Shown: one piece after another, positions 1 through 12,260 of the stretch
How positions within the stretch are numbered: position 1 is the stretch's first letter
How the letters are laid out: each line of letters begins with the position of its first letter
Assembly: GCF_902713615.1 (NCBI RefSeq)
Contig: NW_024055479.1
Coordinates: 62,001 to 126,000 of the forward strand
From: Scyliorhinus canicula
Lineage: Eukaryota
DNA: 64,000 bases
Direction of reading: 5' to 3'
Translations under genes and position numbers: made by a program
Notes under the pieces: generated by a model
Seen by the model: the letters and a program-made list of their open reading frames with translations, nothing else
What the model was told of the DNA's origin: nothing
The model's database searches: none

Positions 1-143
1 GTTTAACATTCACTGGTGTTGGGAACACAGGATATCAGGACTGTGCGGCATATTACACAATATCACAGGAATAAATGTTTTATCTTCCACTGAAGCAGGT
101 CATGAACTGGACATTTCTCCGCTCATTGGCAGCAATGGGAGGG

Positions 144-280
144 ACTGTTAAATAATGGGAATCAGCACAAATTAAACTGTACAGAACACGGTGCTGATCA
201 GGTACAAGAGACTCCGCCGTTTAAATTCAGTCAACAACTCGGAGAATATTCCAGGAATTCCGGAGAGTTCAAGGCAGTTT
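144..280 (+). pseudogene. Highly degenerate TCR V-like remnant (possible)
   Basis: Frame-hopping translation gives TVK*(W)ESAQI(N)CT ... (R/W)YK ... GIPE(R)FKAV, echoing V-domain FR1, FR2 and FR3. No leader or RSS seen. Confidence 0.3.
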
Positions 281-914
281 AATGATTTTCTTTTAATTTA
301 ACATTTTTTTTGCAATTCCCCTCATTTTCTCGGGCTTGTGGATTGTGTCCATCAACACCACTCACTCTCACTCCGTTAAGTTCTTGACGAACAGACTTTG
401 ATAACTAGAGTGACCTTTACTCAGAACTAATATAAATTAAATAGCATCTGGTCAGTTCACTATTTCTCGATCATGTTTAACCTCAGAGTGAACAGAACAT
501 TCACTGTATATAATACTGTCGATGAAATACGATTTAAAACGTTTACTTCATGTGGGACTGAAACATTTATTGTTTGAATGGATAAATCCCATTTTGTCCA
601 TTCATATTCAGGTTAATCTGCTCCACACAGTATTTGGCAGCAATCCAGCAGCCTGCAGTCAGGGAGGCTCGAATGTTCAATGTTGTTTAAAGGAAGCATC
701 TGGATTTTTTTCAGAGATCTGTTTCCTCAGTCCTGACCGCTTGGCTGCAAGCCAACTTCAAACTCTTAACATTGTCAATGAGGACTGTTTGTAAACAAAT
801 CTACCCAGCAACAGCACTGGAGATCATTTTATGTTTTAAATTGTGAAGCTATTTGAACTTTTCTCATCTCTAATGAAAGGAGAGTTATCCAGCTTCTCTG
901 GCACCTCTTAGCAA

Positions 915-1157
915 CAGGTGTTTTTTTACACAGAGCGTATTGGGTGCCTGGAACTCGCTGCCGGAGGAGGTGGTGGAAGCAGGGACGATAGTGACGTTTA
1001 AGGGGCATCTTGCCAAATATATTAATAGGATGGGAATAGAGGGATACGGACACAGCGAGTGTAGAAGGTTTTAGATTAGACGAGCAGCATGGTCGACACA
1101 GACTTGGAGGACCGAAGGGCCTGTTCCTCTGCTGTACTTTCATTTGTTCTTTGTTCA
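915..1157 (+). mobile_element. CR1-clade LINE 3' end
   Basis: Encodes TQ.VLGAWNSLPEEVVEAGTIVTFKGHL, the typical CR1 ORF2 C-terminus. It is followed by a gaagggcctgttcctctgctgtac...ttctttgttc tail. Confidence 0.75.
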
Positions 1158-1299
1158 TATAACCGACAGGAGGATCTCTTCCACATCCCATAAAATTGTG
1201 ACGATGGATAGAAATACAAGTAGACTATCAGACAGAGTATTAGACTGAGGGTAGATTGTGTAATAGATAAACATGTAGATTTATGTGCCTCTCCCTTTA

Positions 1300-1640
1300 T
1301 TCTTCCATGGAATATGGGACTCACTGGCAAGACCACCATGTGTTCCCTCTCGCGAGTTGCTGTTGAACTGAGTGGTTTGCTGGGCCAGCTCAGAAGGAAC
1401 TGAAGGGGCAGACATGTTGCTGTCCGACTGGAGCCACATGTAGGCGAGACCAGGGAGTGATATCAGATTTCCTTCATGGGTGAAAAAGAGAGGATTTCAT
1501 GGTCATCTTTAGTATATATTCCAGATTTATTAATTGAATTCAAATTCCAGCCATGGCGGGATTTGTACTGGGATCCTCACAGAATTAGCCTGGGCCTCAC
1601 GATTACTGGTACAATTACATTAATACTGCACCCACCATCT
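1300..1640 (-). mobile_element. Degenerate interspersed repeat (SINE/LINE-tail type)
   Basis: Contains ttgaactgagtggtttgctgggcca...gagccacatgtaggc...ttgaattcaaattcca...gattactggt, recalled as a common shark repeat. A related fragment lies at ~13180-13300. Confidence 0.45.
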
Positions 1641-2589
1641 GCTCAAAATATACAAGGGTAACTTTGATGCAGGGATTAGTAATAGTTGAATATTTTGATT
1701 GAGGAATCAGTGAATGACATTGATGGATGGAGCTATAGATGGGCCTGAAAGATGCTGTTCAACATTCTCATTATTCTGCTTGACTACTTCGTAATTTGAA
1801 GCAGGTCCTTTGCAATGTGTGTCAGACCGATACATTCAGTCTTTCGAACTCTTCTGGATGAATTACATCCGCAGGCGATCAGGAACTAACGAGCGGGATG
1901 TCAGTAAGAGGAAGCTGACAATCTTAATCCGGTGCTGGTGATTCTTCACTGCTAGTGGTGAATCTTCATGTCAAAGACAGAAAGCTGGAACATGATTACA
2001 TTGAGGAGGGACGGTTGTAATATTTGGATCATGCGATAATTTCATGTACCGGCAGGACAAAATCAGAATGCGAGAGTATTCTCAACGACAGATCTTCAAA
2101 GACTATCAAAATCAAACAAAACAGAGGTGGTTTGCACAGCTCTGGTATGATCAAATGATAGAAGACGTTATATTCCCAAAGCATTTCCGTATGGTGAAGT
2201 AGTCAGACCCACACATCGAGTGGGTAGGTCAATATTCCGCTTCAAGGGTTCTTCCAAGTGTCACATGAAGGCCCCAAGCACTTGGGTGACACCAGCTGAT
2301 AAAAATGACGTCACCTCCAGCGGGCTGGTGTGAACGGCCACGACCAGTGGATTTAGAGGCTTTGCAGTCGACACAAACATTGAAAATAACAACCCATAAT
2401 GACAATTGGTAGCTTCATATACAGAACTCATGGCAAAACCTAACTGTCAAAACCTGGCCTCCTCCGTTCTCAGCAAAGATGCCATATGAAAAAAATCAGT
2501 ATGAAGTGGATGTGTTTACTGTGAATCTATTGTAAATAAAAGGTTGCTTGTGATCTTTGTGAAATTCAGTTGTACACAACATGATGTCT

Positions 2590-2735
2590 TTCAAACAAAC
2601 GACACACATAAATGCTCTCTCACATACACACACGCACAGAAACTCAGACACGCACATAGACACGGACACACGCCTATACACACACAATCTCTCACACAAA
2701 CATTCTCTCTCCCTCCCTCTCGCACAAACACTCAC
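2590..2735. repeat. AC/TC-rich low-complexity microsatellite
   Basis: Runs of acacac and ctctct. Confidence 0.8.
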
Positions 2736-2989
2736 GCGCTCAAATTTTCCCCTTCAACTGAAGATCCCATCTTGATTTCCTGGGAGACCTCACAGACAAT
2801 AACCCCAAACATGTTACAGGTGGTATAATAAACCAATAAACCCTCCCCAACACCATGTTTGTTAATTTGAGTATCAAATTTCCCATGGACTCCATACAGC
2901 GCCTTGGTAAACATTTCTCCATTTCACAAAGGTGAACAAAAATGTGCCACCAGAAATTGAGCCACTTTACTGTGGTACTGACCATAAAT

Positions 2990-3365
2990 TTAGATTGTTG
3001 TCACCTATACCAAGGTACAGTGAAAAGTATTGTTCTCCTTGCAGTCCAGACATATCGTTCTATCTATAAAAAATCATAGGATGTACGATAAATGCACAAT
3101 ATAAATAGTTAGACATAGAAATCGGGTGAAACATACGGAGGATAGTGCTGCAACAGTAGACGATGCAGAGAGGCATCAGTTCCGTCCATAAGACGGCCGT
3201 TCAGGAGTTTGGTACCAGCCGACAAGAAGCTGTTTTTGAATCTGTTAGTGCGTGTTCTCAGATTTTGTATCTTCTGCCCAATGGAAGATGTTGGAAGAGA
3301 GAATAATCCGAGTGGGAGCGGTCTTTGATTAAGATGCCTGCTTTCCCAGACGGTGGGAGGTGCAG
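2990..3365 (-). mobile_element. Rex1/Babar-type LINE 3' end
   Basis: Minus-strand RTRTNRFKNSFL...LLN motif; homologous to 14285-14710 and 29455-29830. Confidence 0.7.
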
Positions 3366-3469
3366 ACAGAATCATAACACCATAAGACCATAAGACACAG
3401 GAGCAGAATTAGGCCACTCGGCCCATCCAGGCAGCATTTGACTTATTGTGGCATCAAGAAACCCTGGCA

Positions 3470-4165
3470 AAACTGCAGCCAATGGGAATCAGGGGGCGAA
3501 CTCTCCACTGGTTGGAGTTCTACCTTGCATAATGGAAGATGGTTGTAGGTGTTTAAGGTCAGTCTCAGTCAGAGGACATTGTTGCAGGAGTTCCTCAGGA
3601 TTGAGGCATAGGACCAAGCTTCACCCTTCATCCTCATGTCAGAAGTGGGAATATTCGCTGATGATTGCACAATATTGTGAATTGCATTCGACTCCTCAAA
3701 TACTAAAGCCGTCTATGTTCATATGCAGCAAATCCCGGACAACATTCAATCTTGTGCTGATAAGTGGCAAGTAACATTCATGCCACTGAAGTGTAGGTGA
3801 ATGGCCAAAGCCAAAAAGGGAGATTCCTAACACTTCCCCTAGATTTATATGACGCTGCCATGTTTTAATCACCCACTTTCAATATCCTAGTGATTACGTT
3901 TTGTGAAATACTGAACAGGAAAGACATTTCAATAACGTGGCTACAAGAGCTGATCCGAGGCTGAACATTCTGTGGTGCGTAACTCACCTCCTGACTTCCC
4001 AAACTCTATCCATCATCTGTAAGGCGGAAGTCAGGAATGTAACTGAATATTCATCGCTTTTTCTGACGTCAGGACTTACAGTGGCGGCCATGAGCTGAGT
4101 GGTCGCAGGAAAGGTGGCTCTCGTCGAAGAACTACTGACGACAGCTTTATAACCCCCAAAGCAGC
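3470..4165 (+). mobile_element. Degenerate CR1/L2-clade LINE RT fragment
   Basis: Frameshifted GVPQG (ggagttcctcagga), FADD (ttcgctgatgat), WADKWQV and RVTHLLT motifs. Confidence 0.7.
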
Positions 4166-5185
4166 AACAAAAGTGCTCGTAATCCCGCGGACGAGCCCCC
4201 CCCCCCCCCCGCCCCCCGCCATTGACTGCACTTCTAAACAGCATGAGGAAGAATCAGCCGCCCAGCCGAGAAGCCAGAAAGGAAGAGGGAAGGGAAAGCT
4301 CAGCCTCAGAGCAGGCATCTCCACGTGGAGACACAGAACCGGTGAGGGCCGATCCCACAGATCTCCCAGCACAGACCACGGCGCTGATGTTTCAATTGAC
4401 GGGCTTCATCGCCTCTTAGCTTCAGTAAGATAGAGGGGAGATGAGAAAAGACTTCCTGGTAGCCGCCGAGGCGGCAGTGGAAGCGGCGATGGCCCCCAAG
4501 AGGGAGGCAATGGACGATATGGAGCGGAGGCTAGAGGGCCAGGAAACGACAATAATAGACTCGAAAATGCCACCTCCGACCAAGGGGACTGGATCGCGAG
4601 ACTGGCGATTGAAGTAGTGAGTTGACCAGAGACCAAAGGGGTTGAAGGATAAAGTCGACGGCCAGAAGAACAGATCGCGTCGGCAAAACCTGAGAAGCGT
4701 GGGGCCGCCGAAGGGAACGGGTGGTAGAAACTCCAGTGAATACGTAGCAGCAACATCGGGAAGCTGGTCGGCGAGGAGGCTTCGCCAAGTTCCCGGAGGT
4801 AGACCGTGTCCACAGGTCGCTTCGGAAGCAGCCGAGGGCTGGGGAACAACTGGGGGTGATAATCGTGAGGCTTCACAGGCACCAGGACTAGGCGCGGATC
4901 CTGAGGTGGGTGAAGAGTGCGAGAGGGGGCAAGCGGGAAGAACATTCCATCCGCCTGCACCAGGACATTGGTGCTCAGCTGGCCAAGCGCTGGGCAGAAT
5001 TCAACGGTGCCAAATCCACGCTGTATGAAGGTGGAGTGCAGTTTGGCATACTTTACCCTGCCAGGATATGAGGTGATATTCCAGGGTAAAGAATATCACT
5101 CTGACACCCCGGAGGAAGCCAACCTGTTTTGTCCAGAAAAATGGACGAGGAAACCAAAGCCAGAACGCGAGTGGCAAGAAGTCGA

Positions 5186-7395
5186 GAGAGGCAGGTGAGA
5201 ACACAGGCACAGGCGCGGAGGGCGGAGGGGAGAGAGGCATGGGCAAACAGAGACAGAGGCGCGGAGAGAGGGAGAGGGGCAAGGGCAAACAGAGACAGAG
5301 GCACGGAGAGAGGGAGAGGGGAGAGAGGCAGGGGCAAACAGAGACAGAGGCGCGGAGAGAGGGAGGGGAGAGAGGCAGGGGCAGACAGAGACAGAGGCAC
5401 GGAGCGAGGGAGAGGGGAGAGAGGCAGGGGCAAACAGAGACAGAGGCGCGGAGAGAGGGAGAGGGGAGAGAGGCAAGGGCAAACAGAGACAGAGGCACGG
5501 AGAGAGGGAGAGGGGAGAGAGGCAGGGGCAAACAGAGACAGAGGCGCGGAGAGAGGGAGAGGGGAGAGAGGCAAGGGCAAACAGAGACAGAGGCGCAGAG
5601 AGAGGGAGAGGGGAGAGAGGCAGGGGCAAACAGAGACAGAGGCGCGGAGAGAGGGGAGAGAGGCAGGGGCAAACAGAGAGAAGCGTGCAGAGAGTGAGAG
5701 GGGAGAGAGGCAAGGGCAAACAGAGACAGAGGCACGGAGAGAGGGAGAGGGGAGAGAGGCAGGGGCAAACAGAGACAGAGGCGCGGAGAGAGGGAGAGGG
5801 GAGAGAGGCAGGGCAAACAGAGACAGAGGCGCAGAGAGAGGGAGAGAGGCATGGGCAAACAGAGACAGAGGCGCGGAGAGAGGGAGAGGGGAGAGAGGCA
5901 GGGGCAAACAGAGACAGAGACGCAGAGAGAGGGAGAGAGGCAGGGGCAAACAGAGACAGAGGCGTGGAGAGAGGCAGGGGCAAACAGAGACAGAGGCGCA
6001 GAGAGAGGGAGAGGGGAGAGAGGCAGGGGCAAACAGAGACAGAGGTGCCAAGAGAGGGAGAGGGGAGAGAGGCAGTGGCAAACAGAGACAGAGGCGCGGA
6101 GAGAGGGGAGAGAGGCAGGGGCAAACAGAGACAGAGGCGCCGAGAGAGGGAGAGGGGAGAGAGGCAGGGGCAAACAGAAACAGAGGCTCGGAGAGAGGGG
6201 GCGGGAGAGAGGCAGGGGCAAACAGAGACAGAGGCGCGGAGAGAGGGGGAGTGGAGAGAGGCAGGGGCAAACAGAGACAGAGGCGCGGAGAGAGGGAGAG
6301 GGGAGAGAGGCAAGGGCAAACAAAGACAGAGGCACGGAGAGAGGGAGAGGGGAGAGAGGCAGGGGCAAACAGAGACAGAGGCGCGGAGAGAGGGAGAGGG
6401 GAGAGAGGCAAGGGCAAACAGAGACAGAGGCGCAGAGAGAGGGAGAGGGGAGAGAGGCAGGGGCAAACAGAGACAGAGGCGCGGAGAGAGGGGAGAGAGG
6501 CAGGGGCAAACAGAGAGAGGCGTGGAGAGAGTGAGAGGGGAGAGAGGCAAGGGCAAACAGAGACAGAGGCATGGAGAGAGGGAGAGGGGAGAGAGGCAGG
6601 GGCAAACAGAGACAGAGGTGCGGAGAGAGGGAGAGGGGAGAGAGGCAAGGGCAAACAGAGACAGAGGCGCAGAGAGAGGGAGAGGGGAGAGAGGCAGGGG
6701 CAAACAGAGACAGAGGCGCGGAGAGAGGGAGAGGGGAGAGAGGCAGGGCAAACAGAGACAGAGGCGCAGAGAGAGGGAGAGAGGCATGGGCAAACAGAGA
6801 CAGAGGCGCGGAGAGAGGGAGAGGGGAGAGAGGCAGGGGCAAACAGAGACAGAGACGCAGAGAGAGGGAGAGAGGCAGGGGCAAACAGAGACAGAGGCGT
6901 GGAGAGAGGCAGGGGCAAACAGAGACAGAGGCGCAGAGAGAGGGAGAGGGGAGAGAGGCAGGGGCAAACAGAGACAGAGGCGCCAAGAGAGGGAGAGGGG
7001 AGAGAGGCAGTGGCAAACAGAGACAGAGGCGCGGAGAGAGGGGAGAGAGGCAGGGGCAAACAGAGACAGAGGCGCCGAGAGAGGGAGAGGGGAGAGAGGC
7101 AGGGGCAAACAGAAACAGAGGCTCGGAGAGAGGGGGCGGGAGAGAGGCAGGGGCAAACAGAGACAGAGGCGCGGAGAGAGGGGGAGGGGAGAGAGGCAGG
7201 GGCAAACAGAAACAGAGGCGCGGAGAGAGGGGGAGGGGAGAGAGGCCGGGGCAAAGAGAGACAGGGGCGCGGAGAGAGGGAGAGGGTAGAGAGGCAGGGG
7301 CAAACAGAGACAGAGGTGCGGAGAGAGGGAGAGTGGGGAGATGCAGGGGCAAAGAGGGACAGAGGCGCGGAGAGAGGGAGAGGAGAGACAGGCAC
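5186..7395. repeat. Purine-rich 49-bp minisatellite with higher-order structure
   Basis: Unit caaacagagacagaggcgcggagagagggagaggggagagaggcagggg (49 nt) plus shortened variants, about 45 copies. The plus strand is almost T-free. Confidence 0.95.
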
Positions 7396-9345
7396 ACGGG
7401 GGTTAAGCAGAGGAACGGCTCCACGAGCGGACAGGCTGGTGTACCTAGGGTTGGGGGGGAGGAGGTTCAATCAGCCGGGACAAAACTAAATCTCCTTCTT
7501 CTCCCACGTGAACAAGACCGACAGACGCAGATACTTTTTTGTCTTCGGGAAAAGGTTGCTTCCAGTGGTAACAAAGCGGGAATATTCCGCGATTGTGATG
7601 TTCGACCACACGCCACATTACATGGACGTGAGGTTGGAGAAGAGCCGGACCCAACGCCCACCATGAAGGCGGGATGCAGCTCCCCTCGCTGATAATGAAT
7701 TCTGCAAAAAGGTAACCCAAACCATCGACGGTTATGTAAACTGCAACGAGAATGGGGAGGTCTCACCCTTCACATTCTGAGAGGCACTGATCATGGGCAA
7801 TATTATAGCCCATAGGGCCCTTAGGGACAGGAAAAACAGGGAGGTCAAGCAGCGGCTGATCGACTCTACAATGGAGATGAATCGGCGATACTCCATTGCC
7901 CCAACCGTGGAACCACTGGTGGGGAGGAAAAAGCCGCGGATATAATTTTATCTGCTTTCCACAAGGAGGGCCAGGCGCCGGGGCCTTCCATGAACATGGA
8001 GACAAGGCCAGCCGCATGCTGGAGCACTCGCTGAAAAAACAAGCAGCCGCGAAAGGAATAGCGCAAGTTAGCAACAGAAATGGAAGGATGGTAGCAGACC
8101 CAAAAAGGTTAATGAGGTTTTGCAGACTTTTACTGAGGGGTATACACCTCCGAACCTCCGGAGGCGGACTCGGGGATGGAACAGTTCCTCGATAGCCTGG
8201 ATATACCGGCGCTGGAGACGGCAGGAACCAAGGACTGGGGACGCCGCTCGGGTTGGGCGAAACCGTGGAATACACGGTTCCATGCAGTCAGGGAAGGGGC
8301 TGGGACCAGATGCCTTCCCGGTTGACTTTCACAAAACATTTGCAGCAGCGCTGACCTTGAACGTGTGTTCAGCGACTCACTGTCAAATGGGCCCTGCGGC
8401 TCACATTGGCAAAGGCCTCAATCTTATTTATCCCCAAAAGGACAATGACCCAACAGCGTCTGGAATATACAGACCCATCTCTGTCTTAAACACCGATGCA
8501 AATGTCCTGTCAAAAGCACTGGCGAGGATCCAGGGAAGCTGCCTGCCAGAAGTGATTGAGGAAGATCAGACAACTAACTGTGAACATTAGACGCCTCCTG
8601 AATGTAATAATGACCCCATCCTGGAGGAAGACAACAGAGATGATTGTCTCCCTGGATGCTAAGAAAGCGTTTGATCGATTAGAATGGAGGTACCTCATTG
8701 AAGTGCTTGAATGGTTTGGTTTTGGAGCTGGGTTCAACGCGTGGGTGACGCCCATGTAAAGCGCACCCACGGGGATGGTATGTACGAACACCACCAAGTC
8801 CGAATAATCTAGGCTGAGCAGGGGAACTAGGCCGAGGTACCCATTATCCCCGCTCCTGTTCGCGCTGGAAATCGAGCCCTTAGATCAGCTGGGTGATGCA
8901 CGAGCATTCGGAGAGGGGGCAGAGAGCAGAGTCTCACTGCATACAGATTACATTCTCCTCTTCATATCAAAGCCCATAGGGAAAGGTAACAAGATGCCTG
9001 AGGGAATTCGGTCAATCCCCAAGAGGGAGGAGTGGAGGTGGAAGAACTACTGTTTAAAGTGACCCAAACGAAATTCAGGGTCATGGACATCCAAGTGTCC
9101 CACACCTGGAAGAGGCTCCACATATGGAACCTCTCCAGCCGGGTGGTGGAGGTGAAGAGGGACCTACAGTGATGGGACTCACTCCCTCTATCGCAACTGG
9201 GAAGGTTACAGACAGTCAAAATGCATGTGCTGCTTATGTTCCTCTTCGTATACCTATCACTGCCGATCTTTCCACCCAAATCTTTGTTCTCCAAGGTCGA
9301 CAATCTAATCATGGCCATTGTCTGAGGGGGATGGGGGCGAGATGC

Positions 9346-9697
9346 ATAGAATTATAGAATTTACAGTGCAGAAGGAGTCTGCACCGGCTCTTGGAAAGAG
9401 CACCCTACCCAAGCCCACACCTCCACCCTATCCCCATAACCCAGTAACCCCACCTAACACTAAGGGCAATTTTGGACACTACGGGCAATTTAGCATGGCC
9501 AATTCACCTAACCTGCACATCTTTGGACTGTGGGAGGAAACCGGAGCACCCGGAGGAAACCCACGCACACGGGGAGGACCTGCAGACTCCGCACAGACAG
9601 TGACCCAAGCCGGGATTCGAACCTGGGACCCTGGAGCTGTGAAGCATTTGTGCTAACCACTATGCTACCGTGCCGCCCACTATGCTACCATGCTGCC
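9346..9697 (-). mobile_element. HE1/V-SINE family SINE
   Basis: tRNA-like head (ggttagcacaaatgcttcacagctccagggtcccaggttcga), central V-domain (gggtttcctccgggtgctccggtttcctcccacagtccaaagatg) and CR1-like tail. A 20-bp head segment is tandemly duplicated. Confidence 0.9.
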
Positions 9698-11453
9698 CCG
9701 AGGGTACTTAAGACCATCTTGCAGCGAGGGCGACACGTGGGAGGCCGGGCCTACCGTACCTATCATTCTACCACTGGGCGGAAAATGCAGAGAGGATGAG
9801 GGATGGCTGGGGGAACCAGAGGCCGACTGCGTCCGAGTGGAGGAAGCCTCCAGCACTGGCTGCCGCACCACTCCCAGAGCGCCCCCCCCAACCCCATCCC
9901 CCGCACACACACGCCAGGGACCCGGTGGTAATGGCCACACTAAAGACCTGTAATCAGTTCAGCCTCCAATTCAGGCTTGGTGTTGTCTATGGAGGCCCCC
10001 ATCTGCATCAACCATAGGATCCCACCACGAAGATAGACGTCACGTTTAGGATGTGGGGATGGGAGGGCAGAATGAAGGACATGTACATGGATGGTAGACT
10101 GCAGACCCTGGGGGGACTCTTGGATAAGCTTCAACTCCCGAATGGGAGCGTGCTCAGAGCTGCAGCGGCGAAGGAATACTGCAAGGAAACAGAACGTTCT
10201 CGCAGAGACCCAGGCACACACTTTTGTGCACAATGGCAGGGCTGGACTGGTTAGGTGACAAATATGATGACATTTACGGACTACTCGTAAGAAAGGTCAG
10301 GGCCCCTCTGGTCGAGACCAGACGGCAACGGGGGGGGGGGGGGGGGGGGGTGCTGCGGGGGAGCTGGTCATGGAGATAGAGGGCGGACTCTGGAACAAGG
10401 CGCTGCACAGGATCAACTCCACCTTCTCCTGCGGTGGGTTAAGCCTAATGCAGCTCAAGCTGGTGAACAGAGTTTACCTCACTAACACACCTGTGAACTG
10501 TTTTTTCTTCTTCCCAGAGGTGGAGGATAAGTGCAAGCGGTGTCACGGGTGGCCTGGACAACCACACCCACATTTTCTTGGCCTGTCCCAGACTTAGGGA
10601 GTTCCGAACGGCCTTTTCTGAGGCAAGTTCCAGAGTTTTGGGGATCGAGACGGCCCATCAGTGGCGGTCTCCAGAGTGTCAGAGCATCCAGAGCTCTACA
10701 CAGGCAGAGGAAGCGGACGCCCTGGCCTTCGCCTCGCTGATCGTCAGGCGGAGACTTCTGTTAGGTTGGAAGCCGGTAGCGCCACACAGGGAGTCGAAGT
10801 GGCTCTCAGATCTGGCCGAGTTCCTGAGACTGGAGAAGATAAAATTCTCCATCAGAGGGTCCGAGGAGAGATTCCGTGACACATAGAAAACGTTCACAAA
10901 CCTCTTTGAGGGTCTGTTTCAGCCACTAACTAGGAGGTGGGTTGAACAGATAGGAAGGGGGTGTCGGAGAGGAAGGGGTAGAAAGGGGGAATGGAGGGAA
11001 TGGAGTGTGTGGACCCGCTTCGAGCATATGTTCCAGCAACTAACTAGGATAGGGGAGCAGATAGAAAGAGAGGTCGGACAGGAAGAGTGGGGGGGGGGGG
11101 GGGGTGGGGGGAGAGGGAGGCTTTGATCTGGGGGCAGCGGTTACCGCTGGGATGAAAGGGAGCTTGCATACAGTAGATGAGAGATGGGGAGGAAGGACAC
11201 TCACCGGAGGGCATACAGGCCCCTCCCACACATGGAAAACCGAGGAAGTGGACCACCCACGAAAATTCACTGAGGAAACAGGACGTCCAGCCTCCCCTCC
11301 TTCCATTCAAAACGAATATAAACATAAATAAAGTTAAAAGTTCTGGCATTGAATGTAAATAGAAATGTAAATAAGGGAGCGTGAGCACAGGAACCTTGGT
11401 CACAGAGAAAGTGACAACCTGTTGTACAGGTGTTTACGATTTTTCTGTTGCAT

Positions 11454-11790
11454 GGCGGCAGCAGGGTAGCATGGTAGTTAGCATAAATGCTTCACAGCTC
11501 CAGGGTCCCAGGTTCGATTCCCGGCTGGGTCACTGTCTGTGTAGAGTTTGCACGTCCTCCCTGTGTGCGTGGGTTTCCTCCGGGTGCTCCGGTTTCCTCC
11601 AACAGTCCAAAGATGTGTGGGTTAGGTGGATTGGCCATGCTAAATTGCCCGTAGTGTCCTAATAAAAGTAAGGTTAAGGGGGGGGGGGGGGGTTGTTGGG
11701 TTACGGGTATAGGGTGGATACGTGGGTAGGTGATCATGGCTCGGCAAAACATTGAGGGCCGAAGGGCCTGTTCTGTGCTCTGCTGTGCTG
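11454..11790 (+). mobile_element. HE1/V-SINE family SINE
   Basis: Same head, V-domain and gaagggcctgttctgtgct tail as the 9346-9697 copy. Confidence 0.9.
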
Positions 11791-12090
11791 TACTGTTCTA
11801 TGGTTATTTCTTTTGTGTTTTTGCCAATGGCTCTGTCTCATGTTGAGTATAAATCTTGTTAATAAATGTTAAAAATGCCAATGAAATATTTGTCAAAAAA
11901 AGAGGCAATCACATTGCTGTGGAACTGCAGTCTCATATAGAACTGGTTTTCACAACAACCATCTTGATTAATTTAAATTCCACCACCCGCCCTGGTGAGA
12001 TTCTAACGGGATTTCTGATTTACTTACCCAGTGATAATACCATTAGGTCACAATCTCCCCATTGACCCAAACTATTGACCCATTGACCCA

Positions 12091-12260
12091 GGGGCTGGTT
12101 TAGCTCACTGAGCTAAATCGCTGGCTTTTAAAGCAGATTAAGCAGGCCAGCAGCACGGTTTGATTCCCGGACAGGCACCGGAATGTGGTGACTAGGGGCT
12201 TTTCACAGTAACTTCATTGAAGCCTACTCGTGACAATAAGCAATTTTCATTTTAATTTCA
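12091..12260 (+). mobile_element. Short (~170 bp) tRNA-headed SINE with (TTTCA)n tail
   Basis: ggggctggtttagctcac...cacggtttgattccc...ggcttttcacagtaacttcattgaagcctactcgtgacaataagc. Further copies at 31785-31940(-), 43826-44000(+) and 61541-61720(+); partial copies at ~12550-12660 and ~25670-25760. Confidence 0.8.

Larger units (their letters stand above)
4190..11370 (+). mobile_element. Degenerate L1-clade LINE with internal minisatellite and SINE insertion
   Basis: ORF1 remnants: RRQNLR, and VIFQGKEYHSDTPEEA at ~5070-5120. ORF2 remnants: EHGDKASRML, SGKGLGPDAFPVDF, YRPISVLNTD, LDAKKAFDRLEW and the SRGTR..PLSPLLFALEIEP region. Many stops and frameshifts; A-rich end near 11330-11370. Confidence 0.85.

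Noticed and set aside
5186-7395. CRISPR-like repeat array
   Set aside because: There are no unique spacers, and the context is eukaryotic.
5001-7692. Six to ten very long ORFs (up to 807 aa) in several frames on both strands
   Set aside because: They are translations of a T-poor 49-bp minisatellite; stops are absent for compositional reasons and the products are pure low-complexity repeats.
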